DNA from: Escherichia coli
Lineage (GTDB): Bacteria > Pseudomonadota > Gammaproteobacteria > Enterobacterales > Enterobacteriaceae
Assembly: GCF_003019035.1 (NCBI RefSeq)
Contig: NZ_CP027447.1
Length of the DNA stretch: 64,000 bases
Reading direction: 5' to 3' (one strand)
Part shown: in pieces, positions 29,250 through 43,897 of the stretch
Layout of the letters: each line of letters starts with the position of its first letter
Position numbering within the stretch: position 1 is the stretch's first letter
Program-made: the position numbers and the translations under genes
Notes under the pieces: generated by a model
The model's input: only the letters and a program-made list of their open reading frames with translations
What the model was told of the DNA's origin: nothing
The model's database searches: none

Positions 29250-30698
29250 TCACTCTCTCTCCGGCAGCATAATCACAAACCTTGACCCCCGCGCATCTGA
29301 CGTTACTGCAACCGTGCCTTTATGCGCGACAACAATTGATTTCACTATCGCCAGCCCAATGCCGCTACCTTCGCCTTTTCGCTGGCGGGAAGGATCAACG
29401 CGGTAGAAACGGTCAAACAATCGCGGTAAGTGTTCGGGCGCAATGGGCGTACCGGGGTTTTCGACGGAAACTTGCACCTGGTGATCGACCGTCTGGCAGC
29501 GCACAACAATTGCCTCTCCGGGTGGCGTATAACGCAGGGCGTTCGAAAGCAGGTTGCTTAACGCCCGACGCAACATCAGCGGATCGCCCGCAACCTGACA
29601 CTCGTCACCAACAAACCGCAACTCCACGCCGCGATCTTCCGCTAACGCCTCGAAAAAATCGAACACTTTGCCGACTTCATCCGCCAGGTTGAGCATTTTC
29701 TTTTCGGGGATTAACTGGTTGTTATCGGCCTGAGCGAGAAACAGCATATCGCTGACCATTTTCGCCATTCGAGTCAGCTCTTCGAGATTAGAGTAGAGCA
29801 CATCTTCCAGCTCCTTCTGACTGCGCGACTGGCTGAGGGCGATTTCCGTTTGCGTTATGAGATTCGTAATCGGCGTGCGAATTTCGTGAGCGATATCCGC
29901 TGAGAAATTGGACTGGCGGGTAAAGACATCCTCGATACGCTCGATCATATGGTTGAACGACAGCACCAGTTGTTCGAGTTCAATGGGCACGGTCTGTGGA
30001 TCGAGGCGAACGTCGAGATCTTTCGAGGTAATGTTCTGGATTTGACGGCTGACGCTGCGAATTGGCGCGTGGCCTTTATGTACCGCCAGCAGCACGATAA
30101 AGACGATCAGGATGCTGATGATCGATGCGGTCATAATAAGTTTATTCATCAAATCATTTATGTAATGAAGATGAAAATCGATCGAAAGCGCGATGTAGAG
30201 CGTATAAATCGGTTTGCCGTCCACCAACGGGCCAACCGGCAAGTTAATCATCCGCCAGTTGCTGTGTTCCATATGCCCGTGACCGTGGCCTGGCATCATA
30301 ATCGTCGGGCCGGAAAGGAGATACACCTCGCCACCCTGAGCGTCTTTATCGGGTATGGCGTCACGCGTAAACTCGCGGATATCCGGCGCACCGGGGGAGT
30401 GATACACCGTTTTGCCGTGGCTATCTGCCAGGGAAATCAACACGTTGGAATAACCACTGACGATATCTTCCAGCGTCATTAAGCGTCGGGCTTGCGTCTC
30501 GTCAGGATGATTAAGTACCCGTTCAAGGGTGGCGCTAATTTCTTTTAAATCATTAATATCCTGCTCGGCAAAATGCACTTTCACTGAGTGGATCATGATC
30601 CATGCAAAGGCGAAAAACGCCGCGATGGTGGCCAGGCTGATAAAAAAGGTCAGACGGGTTGCCAGCGAAAACGGGCGCTGAAATGGCTTACTGACCAT
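29250..30698 (-). CDS. cusS: copper/silver sensor histidine kinase CusS
   Basis: [19 protein letters not shown]... with HisKA/HATPase regions; overlaps the cusR stop. Confidence 0.93.
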
Positions 30699-31371
30699 CC
30701 GGCACCTCAAGCATATAGCCCACGCCGCGCACGGTCTGAATCAGCTTCGGCTCAAAGTCGTTGTCGATTTTGCCGCGTAGCCGCTTCACCGCCACATCAA
30801 TGGCGTTAGTGTCGCTGTCGAAATTCATGTCCCACACCTGCGAGGCGATAAGCGAGCGGGGCAGCACTTCACCCTGATGGCGGAGGAAAAACTCCAGCAA
30901 AGTAAATTCTTTACTGGTCAACGTGATGCGCGTGCCGCTACGGGTGACTTTGCGGCTGACGAGATCGACCATCAGATCGGCAACCTGAAACTGACTTTCG
31001 ATAATCACCGCCGCCCCGCGCCGCAGTAGAGTGCGCACCCGCGCCAGCAGTTCAGCAAAAGCGAACGGCTTAACCAGATAGTCATCCGCCCCCAACTCCA
31101 GCCCCTTGACGCGATGTTCAATGGTGCCAAGCGCGGTAAGCAACAGAATCGGCATCCCCTTATTGGCGGAACGCAACATGCGCACGATATCCCAGCCGTT
31201 CACGTCCGGCAGCATAATATCGAGGATTATCAGATCATAATCACCGGTCATCGCCAGATGGTAGCCATTCAGCCCGTTGTCGGCCAAATCGACCACAAAA
31301 CCGGCTTCGGTTAACCCTTTGGTCAAGTATTCTCCGGTTTTCTTTTCATCTTCGACAATCAACAGTTTCAT
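30688..31371 (-). CDS. cusR: copper/silver response regulator CusR (OmpR family)
   Basis: 227-aa [23 protein letters not shown]...; receiver plus winged-helix domain. Confidence 0.95.
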
Positions 31372-31436
31372 ATTTCCTCCGCATGTTGCCCGGGCAATTC
31401 TAGAGTAGCGGGATCAGATGGCAATCGCTTATTGGC

Positions 31437-31458
31437 AAAATGACAATTTTGTCATTTT
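31437..31458. promoter_or_regulatory. CusR box in the cusR-cusC divergent intergenic region
   Basis: Perfect palindrome AAAATGACAA-TT-TTGTCATTTT between divergent cusR and cusC. Confidence 0.8.
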
Positions 31459-31527
31459 CCTGTCACCGGAAAATCAGAGCCTGGCGAGTAAAGTTGGCGG
31501 CATAAAATCACCAGAAATTATGAGCCT

Positions 31528-32916
31528 ATGTCTCCTTGTAAACTTCTGCCATTTTGTGTGGCCCTTGCGCTAACCGGTTGTTCACTGGCACCGGATTATC
31601 AGCGTCCGGCAATGCCCGTGCCGCAGCAGTTCTCACTCAGCCAGAACGGCCTGGTTAACGCAGCAGATAACTACCAGAACGCGGGCTGGCGCACCTTTTT
31701 TGTTGATAATCAGGTGAAGACGCTGATTAGCGAGGCGTTGGTGAATAACCGGGATTTACGCATGGCGGCGCTGAAAGTGCAGGAGGCACGGGCGCAATAT
31801 CGTCTGACCGATGCCGACCGCTACCCACAGCTCAATGGCGAGGGCAGCGGCAGCTGGAGCGGTAATCTTAAAGGGAATACCGCCACGACACGGGAGTTTT
31901 CGACCGGCCTTAACGCCAGCTTTGACCTCGATTTTTTCGGGCGCTTAAAGAACATGAGCGAAGCCGAGCGTCAAAATTATTTAGCTACTGAGGAAGCTCA
32001 GCGCGCGGTGCATATTCTGCTGGTTTCTAATGTCGCGCAAAGCTATTTCAATCAGCAACTGGCGTATGCGCAATTGCAAATAGCCGAAGAAACGCTGCGT
32101 AATTATCAGCAGTCATATGCATTTGTCGAAAAACAACTGTTGACCGGTAGCAGCAATGTTCTGGCGCTAGAACAGGCTCGCGGGGTGATAGAAAGTACCC
32201 GCAGCGACATCGCTAAACGTCAGGGGGAACTGGCGCAGGCGAATAATGCATTGCAACTGTTATTGGGAAGCTACGGCAAGCTGCCGCAAGCGCAGACAGT
32301 AAACAGCGACAGCCTGCAAAGCGTTAAATTACCGGCGGGCTTGTCGTCGCAAATCTTATTGCAGCGCCCTGATATTATGGAAGCTGAACACGCGTTAATG
32401 GCGGCTAATGCCAATATTGGCGCTGCACGCGCGGCATTTTTCCCGTCTATCAGCCTGACCAGCGGAATATCGACCGCCAGTAGCGATCTGTCGTCATTAT
32501 TTAACGCCAGCAGCGGGATGTGGAATTTTATACCCAAAATTGAGATCCCCATTTTTAATGCCGGACGCAACCAGGCCAATCTGGATATCGCCGAAATTCG
32601 CCAGCAGCAGTCGGTGGTGAATTATGAACAGAAAATCCAGAATGCCTTTAAAGAAGTGGCAGATGCGCTGGCATTACGTCAAAGCCTGAACGATCAAATC
32701 AGCGCCCAGCAGCGTTATCTGGCATCGCTGAAAATTACTTTGCAACGGGCGCGGGCATTATATCAGCACGGCGCAGTAAGTTATCTGGAAGTGCTGGATG
32801 CCGAGCGTTCTTTATTTGCAACCCGACAAACTTTACTTGACCTGAATTATGCCCGTCAGGTTAACGAAATTTCTTTATATACCGCCTTAGGGGCGGTTGG
32901 CAGCAATAATTTTTAA
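31528..32916 (+). CDS. cusC: outer-membrane efflux channel CusC (lipoprotein)
   Basis: 462-aa ORF with lipobox LTGC; TolC-like family; cus operon context. Confidence 0.93.
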   Translation: MSPCKLLPFCVALALTGCSLAPDYQRPAMPVPQQFSLSQNGLVNAADNYQNAGWRTFFVDNQVKTLISEALVNNRDLRMAALKVQEARAQYRLTDADRYPQLNGEGSGSWSGNLKGNTATTREFSTGLNASFDLDFFGRLKNMSEAERQNYLATEEAQRAVHILLVSNVAQSYFNQQLAYAQLQIAEETLRNYQQSYAFVEKQLLTGSSNVLALEQARGVIESTRSDIAKRQGELAQANNALQLLLGSYGKLPQAQTVNSDSLQSVKLPAGLSSQILLQRPDIMEAEHALMAANANIGAARAAFFPSISLTSGISTASSDLSSLFNASSGMWNFIPKIEIPIFNAGRNQANLDIAEIRQQQSVVNYEQKIQNAFKEVADALALRQSLNDQISAQQRYLASLKITLQRARALYQHGAVSYLEVLDAERSLFATRQTLLDLNYARQVNEISLYTALGAVGSNNF

Positions 32917-32932
32917 CTCCAGGAGAGAATAA

Positions 32933-33265
32933 ATGAAAAAAGCACTGCAAGTCGCAATGTTTAGTCTGTTTACCGTTATTGGCTTTAATGCCCAGGCTAA
33001 CGAACATCATCATGAAACCATGAGCGAAGCACAACCACAGGTTATTAGCGCCACTGGCGTGGTAAAAGGTGTTGATCTGGAAAGCAAAAAAATCACCATC
33101 CATCACGATCCGATTGCTGCCGTGAACTGGCCGGAGATGACCATGCGCTTTACCATCACCCCGCAGACGAAAATGAGCGAAATTAAAACCGGCGACAAAG
33201 TGGCGTTTAATTTTGTCCAGCAGGGCAACCTTTCTTTATTACAGGATATTAAAGTCAGCCAGTAA
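32933..33265 (+). CDS. cusF: periplasmic copper chaperone CusF
   Basis: 110-aa ORF with signal peptide and His/Met/Trp metal-site residues. Confidence 0.93.
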   Translation: MKKALQVAMFSLFTVIGFNAQANEHHHETMSEAQPQVISATGVVKGVDLESKKITIHHDPIAAVNWPEMTMRFTITPQTKMSEIKTGDKVAFNFVQQGNLSLLQDIKVSQ

Positions 33266-33280
33266 CCCAGGTTTAATGAG

Positions 33281-34504
33281 ATGAAAAAAATCGCGCTTAT
33301 TATCGGCAGCATGATTGCGGGCGGTATTATTTCTGCGGCAGGTTTTACCTGGTTTGCAAAGGCTGAACCGCCCGCAGAAAAAACGCCGACCGCAGAACGT
33401 AAAATCTTATTCTGGTACGACCCGATGTATCCCAATACGCGGTTCGATAAACCAGGTAAATCGCCGTTTATGGATATGGATCTGGTGCCGAAATATGCCG
33501 ATGAAGAGAGTTCTGCGTCTGGTGTACGCATTGACCCGACCCAGACGCAGAATCTGGGGGTGAAAACGGCGACCGTCACGCGCGGGCCGCTGACTTTTGC
33601 CCAGAGTTTCCCGGCGAATGTCAGTTACAACGAGTATCAGTATGCCATTGTGCAGGCTCGCGCTGCCGGGTTTATCGATAAGGTGTATCCGCTTACCGTG
33701 GGCGATAAAGTACAAAAGGGCACACCGCTTCTCGACCTGACCATTCCCGACTGGGTGGAAGCGCAGAGTGAGTATTTACTGCTGCGCGAAACCGGCGGTA
33801 CGGCGACCCAGACTGAAGGCATTCTTGAGCGGCTGAGACTGGCGGGAATGCCGGAGGCGGATATTCGCCGCCTGATCGCCACGCAAAAAATCCAGACTCG
33901 CTTTACGCTCAAAGCGCCCATTGATGGCGTGATCACCGCGTTTGATCTGCGCGCGGGAATGAATATCGCCAAAGATAACGTGGTCGCGAAAATTCAGGGT
34001 ATGGACCCGGTGTGGGTCACTGCTGCGATCCCGGAGTCCATCGCCTGGCTGGTGAAAGATGCCTCGCAGTTTACCCTCACCGTTCCGGCGCGACCGGATA
34101 AAACACTCACCATTCGCAAATGGACCCTGCTACCCGGCGTGGATGCCGCGACCCGCACGCTGCAACTGCGTCTGGAAGTCGACAACGCCGACGAGGCGCT
34201 AAAACCGGGCATGAACGCCTGGTTGCAACTCAATACCGCCAGCGAACCGATGCTGCTCATTCCGTCACAGGCGCTGATTGATACCGGCAACGAACAGCGG
34301 GTGATTACCGTTGATGCTGACGGGCGCTTTGTACCGAAACTCGTTGCCGTTTTCCAGGCATCGCAAGGCGTCACCGCGTTACGCTCTGGTCTGGCGGAAG
34401 GTGAAAAGGTGGTTTCCAGCGGCCTGTTCCTGATTGATTCTGAAGCCAATATTTCTGGCGCACTGGAGCGGATGCGCTCTGAAAGTGCTACCCATGCGCA
34501 TTGA
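33281..34504 (+). CDS. cusB: membrane fusion protein CusB
   Basis: 407-aa periplasmic adaptor-family ORF. Confidence 0.93.
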   Translation: MKKIALIIGSMIAGGIISAAGFTWFAKAEPPAEKTPTAERKILFWYDPMYPNTRFDKPGKSPFMDMDLVPKYADEESSASGVRIDPTQTQNLGVKTATVTRGPLTFAQSFPANVSYNEYQYAIVQARAAGFIDKVYPLTVGDKVQKGTPLLDLTIPDWVEAQSEYLLLRETGGTATQTEGILERLRLAGMPEADIRRLIATQKIQTRFTLKAPIDGVITAFDLRAGMNIAKDNVVAKIQGMDPVWVTAAIPESIAWLVKDASQFTLTVPARPDKTLTIRKWTLLPGVDAATRTLQLRLEVDNADEALKPGMNAWLQLNTASEPMLLIPSQALIDTGNEQRVITVDADGRFVPKLVAVFQASQGVTALRSGLAEGEKVVSSGLFLIDSEANISGALERMRSESATHAH

Positions 34505-34515
34505 GGGAATAGCCA

Positions 34516-37500
34516 ATGATTGAATGGATTATTCGTCGCTCGGTGGCGAACCGTTTTCTGGTGCTGATGGGCGCGTTGTTTCTGAGCATCTGGGGCACCT
34601 GGACCATCATTAACACGCCAGTGGATGCACTGCCGGATCTCTCTGATGTACAGGTGATTATTAAAACCAGCTATCCCGGTCAGGCACCGCAAATCGTTGA
34701 AAATCAGGTGACTTATCCGCTAACCACCACCATGTTGTCGGTGCCTGGCGCGAAGACTGTGCGCGGTTTCTCGCAGTTTGGCGACTCTTATGTGTATGTC
34801 ATTTTCGAAGATGGCACCGATCCGTACTGGGCGCGCTCGCGGGTGCTGGAGTACCTCAACCAGGTACAGGGTAAGCTGCCTGCGGGAGTCAGCGCCGAGC
34901 TGGGGCCAGATGCCACGGGTGTTGGCTGGATCTATGAATATGCACTGGTGGATCGCAGCGGTAAGCACGATCTGGCCGATTTACGCTCATTGCAGGACTG
35001 GTTTCTCAAATATGAGCTAAAAACCATCCCTGACGTTGCGGAAGTGGCGTCGGTGGGCGGTGTGGTGAAAGAGTATCAGGTGGTTATCGATCCTCAGCGC
35101 CTGGCGCAGTATGGCATCAGTCTCGCCGAAGTAAAAAGCGCGCTGGATGCTTCAAACCAGGAAGCGGGCGGTTCGTCGATCGAACTGGCGGAAGCGGAAT
35201 ATATGGTGCGCGCCAGCGGATATCTGCAAACGCTCGACGACTTTAATCACATCGTTTTAAAAGCCAGTGAAAATGGCGTGCCCGTTTATCTGCGTGATGT
35301 TGCGAAGGTCCAGGTTGGCCCGGAGATGCGCCGGGGCATTGCCGAACTGAACGGCGAAGGCGAAGTGGCGGGCGGGGTGGTGATCCTGCGTTCCGGCAAA
35401 AACGCCCGTGAAGTGATCGCTGCCGTGAAGGACAAACTGGAAACGCTGAAAAGCAGTCTGCCGGAAGGCGTGGAGATAGTTACAACATACGATCGCAGCC
35501 AGCTCATTGACCGCGCCATTGACAACCTCAGTGGCAAGTTGCTGGAAGAGTTTATTGTGGTGGCGGTAGTCTGTGCGCTGTTTCTCTGGCATGTGCGCTC
35601 GGCGCTGGTGGCGATTATTTCGTTGCCGCTGGGGTTGTGTATTGCTTTTATTGTCATGCACTTTCAGGGACTGAACGCCAATATTATGTCGTTGGGTGGC
35701 ATTGCGATTGCCGTCGGGGCGATGGTCGATGCCGCTATCGTCATGATCGAGAATGCGCATAAACGGCTGGAAGAGTGGCAGCACCAGCATCCTGACGCCA
35801 CGCTGGATAATAAAACGCGCTGGCAGGTGATCACCGAAGCATCTGTTGAAGTGGGTCCGGCGCTGTTTATCAGTCTGCTGATTATCACGCTGTCGTTTAT
35901 CCCGATCTTCACCCTGGAAGGGCAGGAAGGTCGTCTGTTTGGCCCGCTGGCGTTCACCAAAACCTATGCGATGGCGGGCGCGGCGCTACTGGCGATCGTA
36001 GTGATCCCGATCCTGATGGGCTACTGGATCCGTGGCAAAATTCCGCCGGAAAGCAGTAACCCGCTCAATCGCTTTTTGATTCGTGTTTATCATCCGCTGT
36101 TGCTGAAAGTACTGCACTGGCCGAAAACCACGCTGTTGGTGGCAGCGCTTTCGGTGCTGACGGTTCTCTGGCCGCTCAATAAAGTTGGCGGGGAATTTTT
36201 ACCGCAGATCAATGAAGGCGACTTGTTGTATATGCCATCGACGCTGCCGGGGATTTCCGCAGCAGAGGCGGCGAGTATGCTGCAAAAAACCGACAAGCTG
36301 ATTATGAGCGTACCGGAAGTGGCGCGGGTATTTGGCAAAACCGGGAAAGCGGAAACCGCCACCGATTCTGCTCCGCTGGAGATGGTAGAAACGACTATTC
36401 AGCTTAAGCCGCAGGATCAGTGGCGGCCTGGCATGACGATGGACAAAATCATTGAGGAACTGGATAACACCGTGCGGCTGCCGGGGCTGGCGAATCTGTG
36501 GGTGCCGCCAATTCGTAACCGTATCGATATGCTCTCAACCGGCATTAAAAGCCCTATCGGCATTAAAGTTTCCGGCACTGTGCTGGCGGATATCGACACG
36601 ATGGCGGAGCAAATTGAAGAAGTGGCGCGAACGGTGCCAGGCGTGGCTTCTGCGCTTGCTGAGCGTCTGGAAGGTGGGCGCTATATCAACGTTGAGATTA
36701 ACCGTGAAAAAGCCGCGCGTTACGGTATGACGGTGGCGGATGTGCAGTTGTTTGTGACTTCTGCGGTGGGCGGGGCGATGGTTGGCGAAACGGTGGAAGG
36801 GATTGCCCGTTATCCAATTAATCTGCGTTATCCGCAAAGCTGGCGCGATAGCCCGCAGGCACTGCGCCAGTTGCCGATCCTCACGCCGATGAAGCAGCAA
36901 ATCACCCTGGCAGACGTGGCCGACGTTAAAGTCTCTACCGGACCGTCGATGCTGAAAACCGAGAATGCGCGCCCGACGAGCTGGATTTATATCGATGCCC
37001 GCGATCGTGACATGGTGTCGGTGGTTCACGATCTGCAAAAAGCGATAGCTGAAAAAGTGCAGTTAAAACCGGGCACCAGCGTGGCATTCTCCGGGCAGTT
37101 CGAGCTACTGGAGCGCGCCAACCATAAGCTGAAACTGATGGTGCCGATGACGCTGATGATCATCTTCGTGCTGTTATATCTGGCGTTCCGTCGGGTGGGC
37201 GAAGCGTTGCTGATTATCAGCAGCGTACCGTTTGCGCTGGTGGGCGGCATCTGGTTGCTGTGGTGGATGGGCTTTCATCTTTCCGTGGCAACGGGCACCG
37301 GTTTTATCGCCCTTGCGGGGGTCGCCGCCGAATTTGGCGTGGTGATGCTGATGTATTTACGTCACGCCATAGAGGCCGAGCCGTCGTTGAATAATCCGCA
37401 AACATTCAGCGAGCAGAAGCTGGATGAGGCGTTATATCACGGCGCGGTACTGCGCGTGCGCCCGAAAGCGATGACGGTGGCGGTGATTATCGCTGGTCTG

Positions 37501-37659
37501 CTGCCGATTCTGTGGGGAACAGGAGCAGGGTCAGAGGTGATGAGCCGGATTGCCGCGCCGATGATTGGCGGCATGATCACCGCACCTTTGCTATCGCTGT
37601 TTATTATCCCGGCGGCGTATAAGCTGATGTGGCTGCACCGACACCGGGTACGGAAATAA
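34516..37659 (+). CDS. cusA: RND copper/silver efflux pump CusA
   Basis: 1047-aa RND transporter with 12 predicted TM segments. Confidence 0.96.
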   Translation: MIEWIIRRSVANRFLVLMGALFLSIWGTWTIINTPVDALPDLSDVQVIIKTSYPGQAPQIVENQVTYPLTTTMLSVPGAKTVRGFSQFGDSYVYVIFEDGTDPYWARSRVLEYLNQVQGKLPAGVSAELGPDATGVGWIYEYALVDRSGKHDLADLRSLQDWFLKYELKTIPDVAEVASVGGVVKEYQVVIDPQRLAQYGISLAEVKSALDASNQEAGGSSIELAEAEYMVRASGYLQTLDDFNHIVLKASENGVPVYLRDVAKVQVGPEMRRGIAELNGEGEVAGGVVILRSGKNAREVIAAVKDKLETLKSSLPEGVEIVTTYDRSQLIDRAIDNLSGKLLEEFIVVAVVCALFLWHVRSALVAIISLPLGLCIAFIVMHFQGLNANIMSLGGIAIAVGAMVDAAIVMIENAHKRLEEWQHQHPDATLDNKTRWQVITEASVEVGPALFISLLIITLSFIPIFTLEGQEGRLFGPLAFTKTYAMAGAALLAIVVIPILMGYWIRGKIPPESSNPLNRFLIRVYHPLLLKVLHWPKTTLLVAALSVLTVLWPLNKVGGEFLPQINEGDLLYMPSTLPGISAAEAASMLQKTDKLIMSVPEVARVFGKTGKAETATDSAPLEMVETTIQLKPQDQWRPGMTMDKIIEELDNTVRLPGLANLWVPPIRNRIDMLSTGIKSPIGIKVSGTVLADIDTMAEQIEEVARTVPGVASALAERLEGGRYINVEINREKAARYGMTVADVQLFVTSAVGGAMVGETVEGIARYPINLRYPQSWRDSPQALRQLPILTPMKQQITLADVADVKVSTGPSMLKTENARPTSWIYIDARDRDMVSVVHDLQKAIAEKVQLKPGTSVAFSGQFELLERANHKLKLMVPMTLMIIFVLLYLAFRRVGEALLIISSVPFALVGGIWLLWWMGFHLSVATGTGFIALAGVAAEFGVVMLMYLRHAIEAEPSLNNPQTFSEQKLDEALYHGAVLRVRPKAMTVAVIIAGLLPILWGTGAGSEVMSRIAAPMIGGMITAPLLSLFIIPAAYKLMWLHRHRVRK

Positions 37660-37760
37660 AAGCAGGATACCCCGTTTAACCGTGTGGATTGTGTCTTGCG
37701 ACGATGGGCACTAAATGTTAAAAGGTGCCCCTCAACAAAAAAGACACACAGGGGAAAGGC

Positions 37761-39137
37761 GTGAAAAACGCGTCAACCGTATCGGAAGATACTGCGTCGA
37801 ATCAAGAGCCGACGCTTCATCGCGGATTACATAACCGTCATATTCAACTGATTGCGCTGGGTGGCGCAATTGGTACTGGTCTGTTTCTTGGCATTGGCCC
37901 GGCGATTCAGATGGCGGGTCCGGCTGTATTGCTGGGCTACGGCGTCGCCGGGATCATCGCTTTCCTGATTATGCGCCAGCTTGGCGAAATGGTGGTTGAG
38001 GAGCCGGTATCCGGTTCATTTGCCCACTTTGCCTATAAATACTGGGGACCGTTTGCGGGCTTCCTCTCTGGCTGGAACTACTGGGTAATGTTCGTGCTGG
38101 TGGGAATGGCAGAGCTGACCGCTGCGGGCATCTATATGCAGTACTGGTTCCCGGATGTTCCAACGTGGATTTGGGCTGCCGCCTTCTTTATTATCATCAA
38201 CGCCGTTAACCTGGTGAACGTGCGCTTATATGGCGAAACCGAGTTCTGGTTTGCGCTGATTAAAGTGCTGGCGATCATCGGTATGATCGGCTTTGGCCTG
38301 TGGCTGCTGTTTTCTGGGCACGGCGGCGAGAAAGCCAGTATCGATAACCTCTGGCGCTACGGTGGTTTTTTTGCCACCGGCTGGAATGGGCTGATTTTGT
38401 CGCTGGCGGTGATTATGTTCTCCTTCGGCGGGCTGGAGCTGATTGGGATTACTGCCGCTGAAGCGCGCGCTCCGGAAAAAAGCATCCCGAAAGCAGTGAA
38501 TCAGGTGGTGTATCGCATCCTGCTGTTTTATATCGGTTCACTGGTGGTTTTACTGGCACTCTATCCGTGGGTGGAAGTGAAATCCAACAGTAGCCCGTTT
38601 GTGATGATTTTCCATAATCTCGACAGCAACGTGGTAGCCTCTGCGCTGAACTTCGTCATTCTGGTAGCATCATTATCGGTGTATAACAGCGGGGTTTACT
38701 CTAACAGCCGCATGCTGTTTGGCCTTTCTGTGCAGGGTAATGCGCCGAAGTTTTTGACTCGCGTCAGCCGTCGCGGTGTGCCGATTAACTCGCTGATGCT
38801 TTCCGGAGCGATCACTTCGCTGGTGGTGTTAATCAACTATCTGCTGCCGCAAAAAGCGTTTGGTCTGCTGATGGCGCTGGTGGTAGCAACGCTGCTGTTG
38901 AACTGGATTATGATCTGCCTGGCGCATCTTCGTTTTCGTGCTGCGATGCGACGTCAGGGACGTGAAACACAGTTTAAGGCGCTGCTTTATCCGTTCGGCA
39001 ACTATCTCTGCATTGCCTTCCTCGGCATGATTTTGCTGCTGATGTGCACGATGGATGATATGCGCTTGTCAGCGATTCTGCTGCCGGTGTGGATTGTATT
39101 CCTGTTTGTAGCATTTAAAACGCTGCGTCGGAAATAA
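37761..39137 (+). CDS. pheP: phenylalanine-specific permease PheP
   Basis: 458-aa APC-family permease from GTG at 37761 (VKNASTVSEDTASNQEP...); the track ORF begins at an upstream in-frame GTG. Confidence 0.92.
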   Translation: MKNASTVSEDTASNQEPTLHRGLHNRHIQLIALGGAIGTGLFLGIGPAIQMAGPAVLLGYGVAGIIAFLIMRQLGEMVVEEPVSGSFAHFAYKYWGPFAGFLSGWNYWVMFVLVGMAELTAAGIYMQYWFPDVPTWIWAAAFFIIINAVNLVNVRLYGETEFWFALIKVLAIIGMIGFGLWLLFSGHGGEKASIDNLWRYGGFFATGWNGLILSLAVIMFSFGGLELIGITAAEARAPEKSIPKAVNQVVYRILLFYIGSLVVLLALYPWVEVKSNSSPFVMIFHNLDSNVVASALNFVILVASLSVYNSGVYSNSRMLFGLSVQGNAPKFLTRVSRRGVPINSLMLSGAITSLVVLINYLLPQKAFGLLMALVVATLLLNWIMICLAHLRFRAAMRRQGRETQFKALLYPFGNYLCIAFLGMILLLMCTMDDMRLSAILLPVWIVFLFVAFKTLRRK

Positions 39138-39168
39138 GGCATTCACGCTACATCCGACAAAACGATGT

Positions 39169-39202
39169 CCGCTCTCATCCATTCGATGAGAGCGGTTTTT
39201 TT
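39169..39202. terminator. bidirectional rho-independent terminator between pheP and ybdG
   Basis: Stem ccgctctcatc / gatgagagcgg followed by a run of seven T; sits between convergent genes. Confidence 0.7.
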
Positions 39203-39204
39203 AA

Positions 39205-40500
<1,296 letters not shown>

Positions 40501-40559
40501 TTATGCAAATCAGGAGAATCTGAGGGGAAATAGCCGGGCAGATGCCCGGCAAGAGAGAA

Positions 40560-41213
40560 TTACACTTCGGTTAAGGTGATGTTTTGCGGCAGACGAGATT
40601 TCGGCAGCGTAGCGTTAAAATCTTCAACGCTGTGATGTCCCACCGGAACAACCACCAGACTGGTGTAGCCTTTCTCTTTCAGACCAAATTCTGCATCGAG
40701 GATTGCGGCGTCAAAACCTTCGATGGGTACCGCGTCCAGACCCAGCGCTGCAACGCCGAGCAGGAAGTTACCGACGTTGAGATAAACCTGTTTTGCCATC
40801 CACTCTGCATCATCATGCAGATCTTTACGGTGCATATCGGCGAAGAACTTGCGACCTTTATCGTTCGCGGCTTTCGCTTCCGGCGTGGCAAAGCGGCCAT
40901 CGGCATCTTCCTGGTCAACAACCAGCTTCAGCCAGGCATCGTCCATCGCGGTTTTTGCACAGAACACCACGACGTGCGAGGCATCAAGCATTTTACGCTC
41001 GTTGAACACGTAATTACCGGCAGCGGATTTGGCAACACGCGCTTTACCTTCTTCCGTGCTGGCAACAATAAAATGCCACGGCTGGGAGTTGGTGCTGGAT
41101 GGGCTGTATTGCAGTAGCGTTTTGATCTGCTCGGCCTGTTCCGGGGTAAGTTTTTTGCTGGCATCAAATGCCTTAGTGGAATGACGCTTTAAGGCGACAG
41201 AAATGATATCCAT
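40560..41213 (-). CDS. nfsB: oxygen-insensitive NAD(P)H nitroreductase NfsB
   Basis: 217-aa product [23 protein letters not shown]...; start trimmed from the 234-aa track ORF. Confidence 0.93.
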   Translation of the reverse strand: MDIISVALKRHSTKAFDASKKLTPEQAEQIKTLLQYSPSSTNSQPWHFIVASTEEGKARVAKSAAGNYVFNERKMLDASHVVVFCAKTAMDDAWLKLVVDQEDADGRFATPEAKAANDKGRKFFADMHRKDLHDDAEWMAKQVYLNVGNFLLGVAALGLDAVPIEGFDAAILDAEFGLKEKGYTSLVVVPVGHHSVEDFNATLPKSRLPQNITLTEV

Positions 41214-41306
41214 AAAGACTCCATGTGAAAGTAATTTTGCGTGCCAGCAGATTACAAGGTTCAACGAGAAATGGTAAGCGAGAAAAATGCGCTATAGATT
41301 TCCGCT

Positions 41307-41675
41307 TTAGCCTGGACGCACTCTTTTTTGATCGCGTTTAGCCAGACCATCAACCACCAGATTCCACGAATCGTTGATCAGATCGCTAAGTAACGCTTCG
41401 GAGATTTCCTCGCCGGGATACACTGAAATCCAGTGCTTTTTATTCATGTGATATCCTGGCTTAATGCTCGGGTATATCTGCTGATTTAACAGGGATTTTT
41501 GTGGATCGGACTTCAGATTGATAAAGGGGACGCCGCGCAGCTCCGACGACAGCATAAAAATCTTGCCGCCAATTTTAAAAACATCGAACTCCGGGCCAAA
41601 AGGCCAGCAAAGCTCGACAAAGGGTAACTCAAGGGCCAGGCGTTTCGCCGTTTCGTGCAGTGATTGCTTATCCAT
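41307..41675 (-). CDS. ybdF: uncharacterised protein YbdF
   Basis: 122-aa product from [19 protein letters not shown]...; conserved neighbour of nfsB. Confidence 0.85.
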   Translation of the reverse strand: MDKQSLHETAKRLALELPFVELCWPFGPEFDVFKIGGKIFMLSSELRGVPFINLKSDPQKSLLNQQIYPSIKPGYHMNKKHWISVYPGEEISEALLSDLINDSWNLVVDGLAKRDQKRVRPG

Positions 41676-41739
41676 AAACGTTCCTTTAGGCGAAGGAGAA
41701 TAAGCAAAGTATGCCGCGAAGTTCGGCGATAATCGACGT

Positions 41740-41988
41740 TTAATCCGCCAGCGAGAACCAGCGTCGCCAGATAAAGCGCAGAACAAAATACTCAATAGCG
41801 CCCAGCACTAAAAACCACAGACAAAACAATAAAGTGTAAAACTGGCTAAGATCCATCAGATGGAACATGGTCACCAGTTTTTGTGCCAGCGTCAGCCCCA
41901 GTGCGGGGGCGGGAAGCAGCAGGCAAGAGAGGAAAGCCATCAGCAAAATGCCTGCTGCGGTGGTCAAGGTTTCTAAAGGGTGTTTCAT
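41740..41988 (-). CDS. ybdJ: small inner-membrane protein YbdJ
   Basis: 82-aa ORF with two hydrophobic helices. Confidence 0.8.
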   Translation of the reverse strand: MKHPLETLTTAAGILLMAFLSCLLLPAPALGLTLAQKLVTMFHLMDLSQFYTLLFCLWFLVLGAIEYFVLRFIWRRWFSLAD

Positions 41989-42053
41989 AACATTGTTAAA
42001 TGTAAGTTAAAACACCATTGTCAGGGATATTCTTCTGTAAGGCAATTCCCGGC

Positions 42054-43181
<1,128 letters not shown>

Positions 43182-43623
43182 TTATGTTGGCGTTTTCTAT
43201 TCAGTATAGAAGTGGGAGCGACTGGGCGAGATGCGGAAGTTCTGGAATATTTCTTTTTTTGGTGATGGTGAACTGATTGTGAGTGAAGCAATTTAGCTAC
43301 TTTTTCAATGTGGCAAGTTATGGCACAGCTGGCTGGTGGCGAAGAATTTTGACGATTGAGGCATGCAGAAAAAACGGGCTCAGCTTCAGTTGATCAAATG
43401 GGGAGTGAGAAGTCCGAAACAGGATTCACTGTATAAATAAACAGCTATTTTGCTGAGGAAGCGTAAGATAACGGCGGGTGCCTGAAGCTTTCCGGTTTCA
43501 GGTTAACTCTGAGGTCTGGAAAGATGAAGCCCCAGGACGATATTTCTATCAACCCTGGGGCTGCCACTCCAAACCCGAACAATTTGGATGGTAGTCCCTT
43601 CTTCGCATGGAGGCAATATAAAC

Positions 43624-43776
43624 ATGCTGACGAAATATGCCCTTGTGGCAGTCATAGTGCTGTGTTTAACGGTGCTGGGATTTACGCTTCTGGTCGGCGA
43701 CTCGCTGTGTGAGTTTACGGTGAAGGAACGTAATATTGAGTTTAAGGCTGTTCTCGCTTACGAACCGAAGAAGTAG
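43624..43776 (+). CDS. hokE: Hok-family type I toxin HokE
   Basis: 50-aa product [50 protein letters not shown]; an overlapping upstream frame (43524..43712) is consistent with a mok-like leader ORF. Confidence 0.85.
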   Translation: MLTKYALVAVIVLCLTVLGFTLLVGDSLCEFTVKERNIEFKAVLAYEPKK

Positions 43777-43897
43777 CCGTTGTGCGGGGAGCAATCCCCG
43801 CATATCCGGTTGTCAGGTCAGGATGGTAAGGCACCTGCTTTACACTTTCGCCCGTGGTCAGTGATGGCTGCGGGCGAATCGTACCAGATGTTGTCAA

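Noticed and set aside
33994-37250. Minus-strand ORFs inside cusB and cusA (e.g. 33994-34692, 35257-35790, 36535-37038)
   Set aside because: Antisense frames within highly conserved efflux genes; no independent evidence.
40584-41117. 177-aa plus-strand ORF antisense to nfsB
   Set aside because: Embedded in nfsB; artefact of the open antisense frame.
41307-41795. Extended 162-aa form of ybdF overlapping ybdJ
   Set aside because: The upstream extension overlaps ybdJ in another frame and the recognisable YbdF N-terminus ([13 protein letters not shown]) begins at the internal ATG at 41675; the longer form is a track artefact.
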